Positions 1 to 13,500 of a stretch of DNA of 64,000 nucleotides are shown one piece after another (the first letter of the stretch is position 1; each line of letters begins with the position of its first letter). The DNA comes from Balanoglossus misakiensis (Eukaryota > Animalia > Hemichordata), in the NCBI GenBank assembly GCA_040954595.2, contig CM082579.2, positions 3,337,227 through 3,401,226 of the forward strand, in the 5' to 3' direction. The notes beneath the pieces are model-generated. The model had not been told where the DNA came from. It did not search any database and saw only the letters and a program-made list of their open reading frames with translations. A program made the translations under genes and the position numbers.

Positions 1-3000
1 GAATTTCAAAATTTGGCCGATTTTTGAAAAAATCATGGGTTATAGCTCATGAAAATCATCCAAAAATGAGAATTTTTCGACTTTGCGGAATTTCAAAATT
101 TGGCCGATTTTTGAAAAAATCATGGGTTATAGCTCATGAAAATCATCCAAAAATGAGAATTTTTCGACTTTGCGGAATTTCAAAATTTGGCCGATTTTTG
201 AAAAAAATCATGGGTTATAGCTCATGAAAATCATCCAAAAATGAGAATTTTTCGACTTTGCGGAATTTCAAAATTTGGCCGATTTTTGAAAAAATCATGG
301 GTTATAGCTCATGAAAATCATCCAAAAATGAGAATTTTTCGACTTTGCGGAATTTCAAAATTTGGCCGATTTTTGAAAAAATCATGGGTTATAGCTCATG
401 AAAATCATCCAAAAATGAGAATTTTTCGACTTTGCGGAATTTCAAAATTTGGCCGATTTTTGAAAAAATCATGGGTTATAGCTCATGAAAATCATCCAAA
501 AATGAGAATTTTTCGACTTTGCGGAATTTCAAAATTTGGCCGATTTTGAAAAAATCATGGGTTATAGCTCATGAAAATCATCCAAAAATGAGAATTTTTC
601 GACTTTGCGGAATTTCAAAATTTGGCCGATTTTTGAAAAAATCATGGGTTATAGCTCATGAAAATCATCCAAAAATGAGAATTTTTCGACTTTGCGGAAT
701 TTCAAAATTTGGCCGATTTTTGAAAAAATCATGGGTTATAGCTCATGAAAATCATCCAAAAATGAGAATTTTTCGACTTTGCGGAATTTCAAAATTTGGC
801 CGATTTTTGAAAAAATCATGGGTTATAGCTCATGAAAATCATCCAAAAATGAGAATTTTTCGACTTTGCGGAATTTCAAAATTTGGCCGATTTTTGAAAA
901 AATCATGGGTTATAGCTCATGAAAATCATCCAAAAATGAGAATTTTTCGACTTTGCGGAATTTCAAAATTTGGCCGATTTTTGAAAAAATCATGGGTTAT
1001 AGCTCATGAAAATCATCCAAAAATGAGAATTTTTCGACTTTGCGGAATTTCAAAATTTGGCCGATTTTTGAAAAAATCATGGGTTATAGCTCATGAAAAT
1101 CATCCAAAAATGAGAATTTTTCGACTTTGCGGAATTTCAAAATTTGGCCGATTTTTGAAAAAATCATGGGTTATAGCTCATGAAAATCATCCAAAAATGA
1201 GAATTTTTCGACTTTGCGGAATTTCAAAACTTGGCCGATTTTTGAAAAAATCATGGGTTATAGCTCATGAAAATCATCCAAAAATGAGAATTTTTCGACT
1301 TTGCGGAATTTCAAAATTTGGCCGATTTTTGAAAAAATCATGGGTTATAGCTCATGAAAATCATCCAAAAATGAGAATTTTTCGACTTTGCGGAATTTCA
1401 AAATTTGGCCGATTTTTGAAAAAATCATGGGTTATAGCTCATGAAAATCATCCAAAAATGAGAATTTTTCGACTTTGCGGAATTTCAAAATTTGGCCGAT
1501 TTTTGAAAAAATCATGGGTTATAGCTCATGAAAATCATCCAAAAATGAGAATTTTTCGACTTTGCGGAATTTCAAAATTTGGCCGATTTTTGAAAAAATC
1601 ATGGGTTATAGCTCATGAAAATCATCCAAAAATGAGAATATTTCGACTTTGCGGAATTTCAAAATTTGGCCGATTTTTGAAAAAATCATGGGTTATAGCT
1701 CATGAAAATCATCCAAAAATGAGAATTTTTCGACTTTGCGGAATTTCAAAATTTGGCCGATTTTTGAAAAAATCATGGGTTATAGCTCATGAAAATCATC
1801 CAAAAATGAGAATTTTTCGACTTTGCGGAATTTCAAAATTTGGCCGATTTTTGAAAAAATCATGGGTTATAGCTCATGAAAATCATCCAAAAATGAGAAT
1901 TTTTCGACTTTGCGGAATTTCAAAATTTGGCCGATTTTTGAAAAAATCATGGGTTATAGCTCATGAAAATCATCCAAAAATGAGAATTTTTCGACTTTGC
2001 GGAATTTCAAAATTTGGCCGATTTTTGAAAAAATCATGGGTTATAGCTCATGAAAATCATCCAAAAATGAGAATTTTTCGACTTTGCGGAATTTCAAAAT
2101 TTGGCCGATTTTTGAAAAAATCATGGGTTATAGCTCATGAAAATCATCCAAAAATGAGAATTTTTCGACTTTGCGGAATTTCAAAATTTGGCCGATTTTT
2201 GAAAAAATCATGGGTTATAGCTCATGAAAATCATCCAAAAATGAGAATTTTTCGACTTTGCGGAATTTCAAAATTTGGCCGATTTTTGAAAAAATCATGG
2301 GTTATAGCTCATGAAAATCATCCAAAAATGAGAATTTTTCGACTTTGCGGAATTTCAAAATTTGGCCGATTTTTGAAAAAATCATGGGTTATAGCTCATG
2401 AAAATCATCCAAAAATGAGAATTTTTCGACTTTGCGGAATTTCAAAATTTGGCCGATTTTTGAAAAAATCATGGGTTATAGCTCATGAAAATCATCCAAA
2501 AATGAGAATTTTTCGACTTTGCGGAATTTCAAAATTTGGCCGATTTTTGAAAAAATCATGGGTTATAGCTCATGAAAATCATCCAAAAATGAGAATTTTT
2601 CGACTTTGCGGAATTTCAAAATTTGGCCGATTTTTGAAAAAATCATGGGTTATAGCTCATGAAAATCATCCAAAAATGAGAATTTTTCGACTTTGCGGAA
2701 TTTCAAAATTTGGCCGATTTTTGAAAAAATCATGGGTTATAGCTCATGAAAATCATCCAAAAATGAGAATTTTTCGACTTTGCGGAATTTCAAAATTTGG
2801 CCGATTTTTGAAAAAATCATGGGTTATAGCTCATGAAAATCATCCAAAAATGAGAATTTTTCGACTTTGCGGAATTTCAAAATTTGGCCGATTTTTGAAA
2901 AAATCATGGGTTATAGCTCATGAAAATCATCCAAAAATGAGAATTTTTCGACTTTGCGGAATTTCAAAATTTGGCCGATTTTTGAAAAAATCATGGGTTA

Positions 3001-6000
3001 TAGCTCATGAAAATCATCCAAAAATGAGAATTTTTCGACTTTGCGGAATTTCAAAATTTGGCCGATTTTTGAAAAAAATCATGGGTTATAGCTCATGAAA
3101 ATCATCCAAAAATGAGAATTTTTCGACTTTGCGGAATTTCAAAATTTGGCCGATTTTTGAAAAAATCATGGGTTATAGCTCATGAAAATCATCCAAAAAT
3201 GAGAATTTTTCGACTTTGCGGAATTTCAAAATTTGGCCGATTTTTGAAAAAATCATGGGTTATAGCTCATGAAAATCATCCAAAAATGAGAATATTTCGA
3301 CTTTGCGGAATTTCAAAATTTGGCCGATTTTTGAAAAAATCATGGGTTATAGCTCATGAAAATCATCCAAAAATGAGAATTTTTCGACTTTGCGGAATTT
3401 CAAAATTTGGCCGATTTTTGAAAAAATCATGGGTTAAAGCTCATGAAAATCATCCAAAAATGAGAATTTTTCGACTTTGCGGAATTTCAAAATTTGGCCG
3501 ATTTTTGAAAAAATCATGGGTTATAGCTCATGAAAATCATCCAAAGATGAGAATTTTTCGACTTTGCGGAATTTCAAAATTTGGCCGATTTTTGAAAAAA
3601 TCATGGGTTATAGCTCATGAAAATCATCCAAAAATGAGAATTTTTCGACTTTGCGGAATTTCAAAATTTGGCCGATTTTTGAAAAAATCATGGGTTATAG
3701 CTCATGAAAATCATCCAAAAATGAGAATTTTTCGACTTTGCGGAATTTCAAAATTTGGCCGATTTTTGAAAAAAATCATGGGTTATAGCTCATGAAAATC
3801 ATCCAAAAATGAGAATTTTTCGACTTTGCGGAATTTCAAAATTTGGCCGATTTTTGAAAAAATCATGGGTTATAGCTCATGAAAATCATCCAAAAATGAG
3901 AATTTTTCGACTTTGCGGAATTTCAAAATTTGGCCGATTTTTGAAAAAATCATGGGTTATAGCTCATGAAAATCATCCAAAAATGAGAATTTTTCGACTT
4001 TGCGGAATTTCAAAATTTGGCCGATTTTTGAAAAAATCATGGGTTATTAGCTCATGAAAATCATCCAAAAATGAGAATTTTTCGACTTTGCGGAATTTCA
4101 AAATTTGGCCGATTTTTGAAAAAATCATGGGTTATAGCTCATGAAAATCATCCAAAAATGAGAATATTTCGACTTTGCGGAATTTCAAAATTTGGCCGAT
4201 TTTTGAAAAAATCATGGGTTATAGCTCATGAAAATCATCCAAAAATGAGAATTTTTCGACTTTGCGGAATTTCAAAATTTGGCCGATTTTTGAAAAAATC
4301 ATGGGTTAAAGCTCATGAAAATCATCCAAAAATGAGAATTTTTCGACTTTGCGGAATTTCAAAATTTGGCCGATTTTTGAAAAAATCATGGGTTATAGCT
4401 CATGAAAATCATCCAAAGATGAGAATTTTTCGACTTTGCGGAATTTCAAAATTTGGCCGATTTTTGAAAAAATCATGGGTTATAGCTCATGAAAATCATC
4501 CAAAAATGAGAATTTTTCGACTTTGCGGAATTTCAAAATTTGGCCGATTTTTGAAAAAATCATGGGTTATAGCTCATGAAAATCATCCAAAAATGAGAAT
4601 TTTTCGACTTTGCGGAATTTCAAAATTTGGCCGATTTTTGAAAAAAATCATGGGTTATAGCTCATGAAAATCATCCAAAAATGAGAATTTTTCGACTTTG
4701 CGGAATTTCAAAATTTGGCCGATTTTTGAAAAAATCATGGGTTATAGCTCATGAAAATCATCCAAAAATGAGAATTTTTCGACTTTGCGGAATTTCAAAA
4801 TTTGGCCGATTTTTGAAAAAATCATGGGTTATAGCTCATGAAAATCATCCAAAAATGAGAATTTTTCGACTTTGCGGAATTTCAAAATTTGGCCGATTTT
4901 TGAAAAAATCATGGGTTATAGCTCATGAAAATCATCCAAAAATGAGAATTTTTCGACTTTGCGGAATTTCAAAATTTGGCCGATTTTTGAAAAAATCATG
5001 GGTTATAGCTCATGAAAATCATCCAAAAATGAGAATATTTCGACTTTGCGGAATTTCAAAATTTGGCCGATTTTTGAAAAAATCATGGGTTATAGCTCAT
5101 GAAAATCATCCAAAAATGAGAATTTTTCGACTTTGCGGAATTTCAAAATTTGGCCGATTTTTGAAAAAATCATGGGTTATAGCTCATGAAAATCATCCAA
5201 AAATGAGAATTTTTCGACTTTGCGGAATTTCAAAATTTGGCCGATTTTTGAAAAAATCATGGGTTATAGCTCATGAAAATCATCCAAAAATGAGAATTTT
5301 TCGACTTTGCGGAATTTCAAAATTTGGCCGATTTTTGAAAAAATCATGGGTTATAGCTCATGAAAATCATCCAAAAATGAGAATTTTTCGACTTTGCGGA
5401 ATTTCAAAATTTGGCCGATTTTTGAAAAAATCATGGGTTATAGCTCATGAAAATCATCCAAAAATGAGAATTTTTCGACTTTGCGGAATTTCAAAATTTG
5501 GCCGATTTTTGAAAAAATCATGGGTTATAGCTCATGAAAATCATCCAAAAATGAGAATTTTTCGACTTTGCGGAATTTCAAAATTTGGCCGATTTTTGAA
5601 AAAATCATGGGTTATAGCTCATGAAAATCATCCAAAAATGAGAATTTTTCGACTTTGCGGAATTTCAAAATTTGGCCGATTTTTGAAAAAATCATGGGTT
5701 ATAGCTCATGAAAATCATCCAAAAATGAGAATTTTTCGACTTTGCGGAATTTCAAAATTTGGCCGATTTTTGAAAAAATCATGGGTTATAGCTCATGAAA
5801 ATCATCCAAAAATGAGAATTTTTCGACTTTGCGGAATTTCAAAATTTGGCCGATTTTTGAAAAAATCATGGGTTATAGCTCATGAAAATCATCCAAAAAT
5901 GAGAATTTTTCGACTTTGCGGAATTTCAAAATTTGGCCGATTTTTGAAAAAATCATGGGTTATAGCTCATGAAAATCATCCAAAAATGAGAATTTTTCGA

Positions 6001-7010
6001 CTTTGCGGAATTTCAAAATTTGGCCGATTTTTGAAAAAATCATGGGTTATAGCTCATGAAAATCATCCAAAAATGAGAATTTTTCGACTTTGCGGAATTT
6101 CAAAATTTGGCCGATTTTTGAAAAAATCATGGGTTATAGCTCATGAAAATCATCCAAAAATGAGAATTTTTCGACTTTGCGGAATTTCAAAATTTGGCCG
6201 ATTTTTCTAAAAAATCATGGGTTATAGCTCATGAAAATCATCCAAAAATGAGAATTTTTCGACTTTGCGGAATTTCAAAATTTGGCCGATTTTTGAAAAA
6301 ATCATGGGTTATAGCTCATGAAAATCATCCAAAAATGAGAATTTTTCGACTTTGCGGAATTTCAAAATTTGGCCGATTTTTCTAAAAAATCATGGGTTAT
6401 AGCTCATGAAAATCATCCAAAAATGAGAATTTTTCGACTTTGCGGAATTTCAAAATTTGGCCGATTTTTGAAAAAAATCATGGGTTATAGCTCATGAAAA
6501 TCATCCAAAAATGAGAATTTTTCGACTTTGCGGAATTTCAAAATTTGGCCGATTTTTGAAAAAATCATGGGTTATAGCTCATGAAAATCATCCAAAAATG
6601 AGAATTTTTCGACTTTGCGGAATTTCAAAATTTGGCCGATTTTTGAAAAAATCATGGGTTATAGCTCATGAAAATCATCCAAAAATGAGAATTTTTCGAC
6701 TTTGCGGAATTTCAAAATTTGGCCGATTTTTGAAAAAATCATGGGTTATAGCTCATGAAAATCATCCAAAAATGAGAATTTTTCGACTTTGCGGAATTTC
6801 AAAATTTGGCCGATTTTTGAAAAAATCATGGGTTATAGCTCATGAAAATCATCCAAAAATGAGAATTTTTCGACTTTGCGGAATTTCAAAATTTGGCCGA
6901 TTTTTGAAAAAATCATGGGTTATAGCTCATGAAAATCATCCAAAAATGAGAATTTTTCGACTTTGCGGAATTTCAAAATTTGGCCGATTTTTGAAAAAAT
7001 CATGGGTTAT
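1..7010. repeat. 87-bp tandem satellite array, ~80 near-identical monomers, runs off the left edge of the window
   Basis: The monomer GAATTTCAAAATTTGGCCGATTTTTGAAAAAATCATGGGTTATAGCTCATGAAAATCATCCAAAAATGAGAATTTTTCGACTTTGCG repeats head-to-tail with only scattered substitutions and 1-bp indels. The 29-aa periodic ORFs in the track reflect the 87-bp period. Confidence 0.98.
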
Positions 7011-7530
7011 ATCTTCGCTTTCTGAAAAAAAAATCATGGGTTAGAGGTCATGAAAATCATCCATATAAAATGACAATTTTTCGACTTTCCGAATTTTCAA
7101 AACGTCTTCGCTTTCTGAAAAAAATCATGGGTTATAGCTCATGAAAATCATCCAAAAATGAAAATTTTCGACTGTCCGAAATTTCAAAATTTCTTCGTTT
7201 TTTTGAAAAAAATCATGGAAAGTGTCAACAGATGAAAATGTTTCGATCTTGCGAAGTTTGGTGATTTTGTCATTTTGGACATTTTCCATGAGTTATAGCT
7301 CATGGAAATTGTCAACAGATGAAAAATTTTCTACTTCGCGGACTTTCGTGTTATTATCATTTGAGACATTTTTCATGGGTTATAGCTCACAAAAATTGTT
7401 AAAAATGACTAATTTCCGACTTTGCGAACTTTGGTGTTTTGTCACTTTCAGACGTTTTCCTTGGGTTATAGCTCATGAAAGTTGCCAAAAAATGACAAAT
7501 TCATGACTTTGCGCGTTTTGGTGATTCTCG
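7011..7530. repeat. Degenerate terminal monomers of the 87-bp satellite
   Basis: The core (G/A)GTTATAGCTCA and GACTTT(G/C)CG motifs recur (cores near 7130, 7290, 7378, 7463) with increasing divergence up to the SVEP1-like exon donor at 7545. Confidence 0.85.
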
Positions 7531-7545
7531 ACATCACATACTCAC

Positions 7546-10500
7546 CATGACAACGCAAACTGTCACTCCACATTCCGCCCACCACTCCTTGGTTACACCT
7601 AACGACGAGCGTATCAGTAGTTCCAAGCATCGTATAGCCATCATTACAAGTGTAAGTTATTTCTGTATCGACTTTGAAATCCACTAAATGTGTGACGACA
7701 TCGGCGCGTAGAATAGTTGGTGGAGGGGGACATAGGATTTCTGCATGTATAAAATTAAAGATTTGTTGATTAAATAGCTGATAATAACTTCTGACACTTT
7801 TGAATTGCCAAGCGCAAAATAAATTAAATAGTTTTGTGTGGAAGTATCACTTGTAAAACTAATGCATATGACTGTGTTCTCGGTTTCTGTGTGCCTCGCA
7901 TGTGTAGAGACATATTCTAACAGTACAATAAGTGATGATGTGTACATCAGATATAAATGAACTGAAGCTTACCATTTTCACACCGAGTGCCGTTATAACC
8001 TCTTGGACACTGACAAATGTAATGTCCCACGTTGTCGATGCAAGACCCACCATTGTTGCAAGGATTTGATTGGCATTCATTTATTTCGATCTGGCAGTGG
8101 TCACCTGTAGAAACGATTGTAGCTGAAATTTATAGCTGGCAAAACTATCCGTAATTTTATATAACTTACCTGACAGTTTTTAATTTTGACTATGTAAAAC
8201 AACTCCTGACAGACATCATTGAAAGACGTCGGTCGGAATAAAGCTTGAAGATACGTACCTATGTAGCCATGGTTACAGATACAAACAGAACTGTCACCTT
8301 GGTCACGGCATCTGCCATTATGACATGGATCAGGATCGCAGTGCTGCGCTCTCTCGCTACATAGATCTCCATAGTTCCCGGATGGACATTCGCAAGTAAA
8401 CTTGTTGACATGATCATAACATGTTCCACCATTCTGACACGGATTTGACAGACACTGGTCAAGTTCTATCAAAACAGTTTAAAATCAAATTTAGAGGTAG
8501 ATACATTGCGTGTGAAGACGAGTTAGCTATAATTACGAGATAGGTTTCTTGCCTTTAATGGTCAGGAAATTTTGATTGCACACATTTTTTTACCTGCGCA
8601 GAAAGCCGAGGGTGAAACGACGTTCACTTCCGCCATGTCACTTAATTCAAAGTCCGGCCATGACACCAAGTTGCCGATGGTGTCATTGCAGCGACTGGCC
8701 AGCGCCACAATATCGATTTCAGCAAGAGCAAAATCCCACACGTTCAATCTGCAAAAAAAGAAATACAAGTTCACGACGGTCGAAAACAGGCTTGCTTTTC
8801 CACTCATTAAACGTATACGGTCACCTATACAACGTATTATCCACAACGAGTCTTACCTACTGAGTTCAGCGACAAGAGATTCAGAAGGATTGAATCCACC
8901 ACCAAGCTCATCTTGTTCCTGACCCAAAATCAGAGTGCCACCCCCGGGAATGATAGCGCCTTGTTGTACATTTTCGTGTTCGCTGGCCAAGACAGCGTCA
9001 ACGTAAAACTTCAATTTACCATCTGGGGAAAGGAGACATTACAAGATTTTTCCTTTTAGTAAAAATTTCCACGCTTACTCGTCTCAGTCCAATCCAACGT
9101 GGTGAGTGATAATGACAGGAAATTGCGTTGCAAATTAGTTCCAGTGCTACAAGTATTGCTAGATTAAAATATTAAGTCATCAAATAATAGAGATAGGATT
9201 TAAAAGACAAAAAATTACCTTTATTGGCCCAAGTGAAGGCAAAATGATGCCATATCCCATCACTCATAGCGACGTCGGTATAAACAGCCTGTCCGTTCAC
9301 GTCAAACTTGTAGTCGCCATAGTAACTGACAACAATGGCGTTGTCTTGCGTTGCGTTGTCAGTGGTCGCGGCGTATGATAGCACTGTGCCAGAATTACTG
9401 AGAGTACGCAACCAGAACGCGATGGTGAAGGTGTCTATATCGGGCAATGCGTAGCGCTTCAGTATCGCGTAATCGGTGGTGACGCGTCGATGGAAAACAA
9501 AAGTATGGTCACTTGAAAGTTCTGGAAATGTAAAACAAAATAAAAGAAAACAATTCCTGTCTTTACATGTGTAATTCCCATGATTATTTGCCCACGCTTG
9601 ATCAATTTTTTTAAGATATGGTTTGTTCACATTTACAACACATTATACCAGTGGATGGTTGATACCACTAATTACATACTTTCTTCGCAGTACTGGCCAG
9701 TGTAGGATGGTGGACAATGACATGTATATCCATTGATTTCATCCATGCAACTGCCGCCATTTTGACAATGGTGTTGAAGACACTCATCGATGTTGACTTC
9801 GCACAGACTTCCTTCAAACCCTTCCAGACATTGGCATCTGAAGGCATTTATGTTATCTTCACATCTTCAAGAAAATAAATATTAAAAGAAATTATTCGAC
9901 TTTGTCCTCCTTTACTGTTCATTGTATTTGAAAAACAAAGTACTGCCAAATAATCTCACTTTTTGCTGCATGGATTGAAACCCACCTGGCTCCGTTCAAA
10001 CACGGATTTGATTGGCACTCGTCCACGTCAGTTTCACAGAACAGACCACTGAATCCACTCGGGCATGCGCATTGGGCACTTTCGTCTGTATGGCTGCACA
10101 GTCCGCCATTCTGACACGGGTCTTCCGCGCAGTAATCGGGAGCAACCTCACAAAACTGGCCGCCGTAACCGTTATTACACACGCACTGTAACCCATCAAC
10201 CTGAGAAGGAAAACACAGCAATTATCGTGGTTTTCCGGCTGTCTCATAGGCATAAAAAGAAAATTGAAAATAAACATTTTGGGTTTGTTTTTTTGCCTTT
10301 GATGTTCGATATAACTTTTATGAATCATGTCCAGTGTGCAACGCTAGATTAAACAAAGGCGATACATATTATAGTTTTTTTTATCTTACTTCGTCTTTAC
10401 ATTGTCCTCCATTTACACAAGGCGATGACAGGCATTCATTAATCTCGGTATCACAAAGGCGACCAGTGTAACCAGGGGAACAGGCACAGTAGAAACCATT

Positions 10501-13500
10501 CTCTGAAAGAGACAAAGGTAATATCAATATATATTTTTAACTGAGGTCCAGATATATTTTATGCAAATGTTCTTTGTTGGTTGTCAATGTTACCACGTAA
10601 AAGTCAAACACATCCAATCACAGCTTTCAGTGGGATGACACATGTAAAAAGGAGCCTTTCGACAAAATCTAGGCATATGTTAATTAGAGGTGACCTTTAA
10701 CCCGACCAAATCTCTGGACTGAAGAGCGAGATCTTACCTCTGTCAATACAGGTGGAATTGAAAGCACATGGGTTGGACAGACACTCGTCAATTTCACTCC
10801 CACAGTTGTCACCTGTGAAACCGTCAGGACATTGACACTCAAACGTTACCCGGCCACTCGTACACACGCCGCCGTTGTAACACGGACTAGAAGCACAGTG
10901 ATCGATTTCTGAAATAAGTAATCGCACTGATATTAGAATAATCATGATATGGAAGAATAATATGTGTTTAGTTTTCAATATTGATTCAGATATGGATTTT
11001 AATATAAAAAGAGTCACTATATTTTACCTTTGCACTGATCTCCCGATGCTGTGCCAATGCCAAAAGTTGTCTTGTGACCGTGGCATTCAATGCATTTTCT
11101 TCTGCCTCGTTCTGGTTGGTAGAATCCGACCGGACATGGAGAACATGGTTCTATTCCAGTGAGTGAAATCATCCCTTCTGGGCATTGGGCTTTGTAGGAG
11201 AGAAAATAATCGACAGCTTAGCTTTACAAAAAATTATATAAAAACTTTGAATTATTGGGTATATTCCAAAATATGGACGCCAATACACAAACTTAACATT
11301 GTAAAATTAGTTGTCTAAAACTGAAATAAGATCTACCACTGCATTCTTCCAACGAAGCTGCGCCCTCTACGGATGTTGTAGTCCCCGGCGGACAGGAGAC
11401 ACATTCTGTCTGTCTCTCCGATGATTGATAGGATCCTTTCGGGCAAGACTTGCAAGTTGCGAGCCCCGTCGATGAATACGTTCCCAGCTTGCAGACATCT
11501 GCAATCATGAGAGGGCGAAATCACATTTACAAATTATTTACTTGGTAAACATTTCGAAATCATTAATATGCAAAGGTAAATTGATCGAAATTGTGAGTTT
11601 TCTCACCAATGCATTCTGTGAAATTCTTCGCCTGATTTCCTGTAGTCCACGTGCCGGGATCGCATTGAAGACATTCTAACTGAGCCTCTTCATCCTGATA
11701 GTAGCCAGGTGAACACAACTCGCAGGTGTTACTTGTGACGTCATAGTAGGTGCCTACCGGACAGTTTACTATGGCGTGAAATAATATGGTTGAATATTAC
11801 CGTGTGTAACTGTTTTTCTGTATTTAATTTTTCTACCCTCTCTCTCACATACATAATCTACCAAGAGTAAAAAGTGTTGAACGGAAAATCTGAATTATTC
11901 CCTTACCACACTTTCTGTCCTTTTGGACAGTTCCATTTCCACACACTGGTATCGTGGCGGAAGCTTCATAGGAGTTCTCGTCAACCACCAGAATCTCGTT
12001 TTCCACCGTCAGAACGAGATTGCCCCCTCTGGTCAGTTGTTCAAACTGACCAGCCACTTCGTCCAAAGTGTTTATAACGGCATTCAACTTCTCTTCTTCG
12101 GCAGCGTCATCGGCCTACAGAAACAATTCATTCAAAATAATATCCTATGGTCGATCGATCAATCAATCAATCACCCACCCATCCAACCGACAAGCCAACC
12201 AGAAACAGCTAATACTCCACGAATTCGAAGGTTTAACAGTCTCACCTCTGGTGGCGCTTTTACTTCTCCCTCGATAGTAAACGTGATGGTTACCAGATTA
12301 TCATAAAGTGCACCATTGACGTCACGCTTTTGCCTCCCAATAGTTGTGTTGATGGCTCCGCAATACACAGTCACTGCCTTTACTGTACATGCATTTTCAT
12401 CTACCAGGCAAGCGCCGTGCTGAATGAATATAGAGTTGGTGAACTCCTCAATGAACGCTTTCTTTATCAATCGCTGTGTCTTGGGGTTGTTGCAGTTACC
12501 GGAGTAATATTGGCTTTTCAATCCTTTTTCGACTTTCTCTGGAATTTTCAGTTCTTGAATAAAACGGAGAAATTGAAATAAGTCACTTTCTTTACTTTTG
12601 TCTTAAAAAATAACTCATCGCCGACAACACAAAAGATTCCAACATATGGCATGATATGACAGATTTCATACATTTTTCAATTTTTTTGTAGCTGTACTAC
12701 TCTCAGATTTAATTTGGGCTTCCTTTACCCCCACATCTGCTTCAAACGTAAATATTCAACTAGACAGAGACACTCAGTTACTATTGAGGAATATGGCTTT
12801 CTTCTCAAATGCATACTTTGTCTTTAAAAGAAGTACAGTTACATACAAAAACACGTGGGGAAAAATACTAACGTGAACAGTCTGGCCAGGGTATGTCCAA
12901 CTCTGCCGGCATTGTCCTCCATTCCCCGGTCGCGTCACAGATGTACCACTCCGCGGGTACCCTCGCGAACTCGTACTTTTTGTTGCAGCTGACGCGACAG
13001 AACATGCCGAAGAGCCAATCGTCGCAGGCCCTGGCTCCGTTGACGGGTTCCGGGTAAGGGGGACAGGACGTAGCTGGTAAGAGAACAAAACGTGAAGTTT
13101 AAAAGGGACCAGGAACACATCGACATTCATTCATTCATTCATTCATTCATTCATTCATTCATTCATTCATTCATTCATTCATTCATTCATTCATTCATTC
13201 ATTCATTCATTCATTCATTCATTCATTCATTCAATAAGACAATGAAGTCAAGCATACTTACGAAATAACTTGATTTGAAATTGGCAAACGGCTTCATTAC
13301 CGGCCGGGTCTCTGGTTGTATACCGCACTTGGTGCGTGCCCCAGATTAACTCCACACCGGGGGTGTGACTCTGAAACGTCCAAATAAAAAAAATTGTTAG
13401 ACGCTTAAAATATTCACACACATAAAGAATGCTAGCAGGTATTGGCTAGTGAACTAAATCGGCCTTTATAGGTAAAAAATTCTCACCTGTGTTATGTCTA

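Noticed and set aside
1-7010. CRISPR-like regular periodicity
   Set aside because: No unique spacers, no cas genes, and eukaryotic intron-containing context.
24-7044. Long ORFs (up to 859 aa) of a 29-aa repeat
   Set aside because: Artefact of an 87-bp (3n) stop-free monomer. Frames are broken by random 1-bp indels, there is almost no synonymous variation, and the ORFs are antisense to the SVEP1-like intron.
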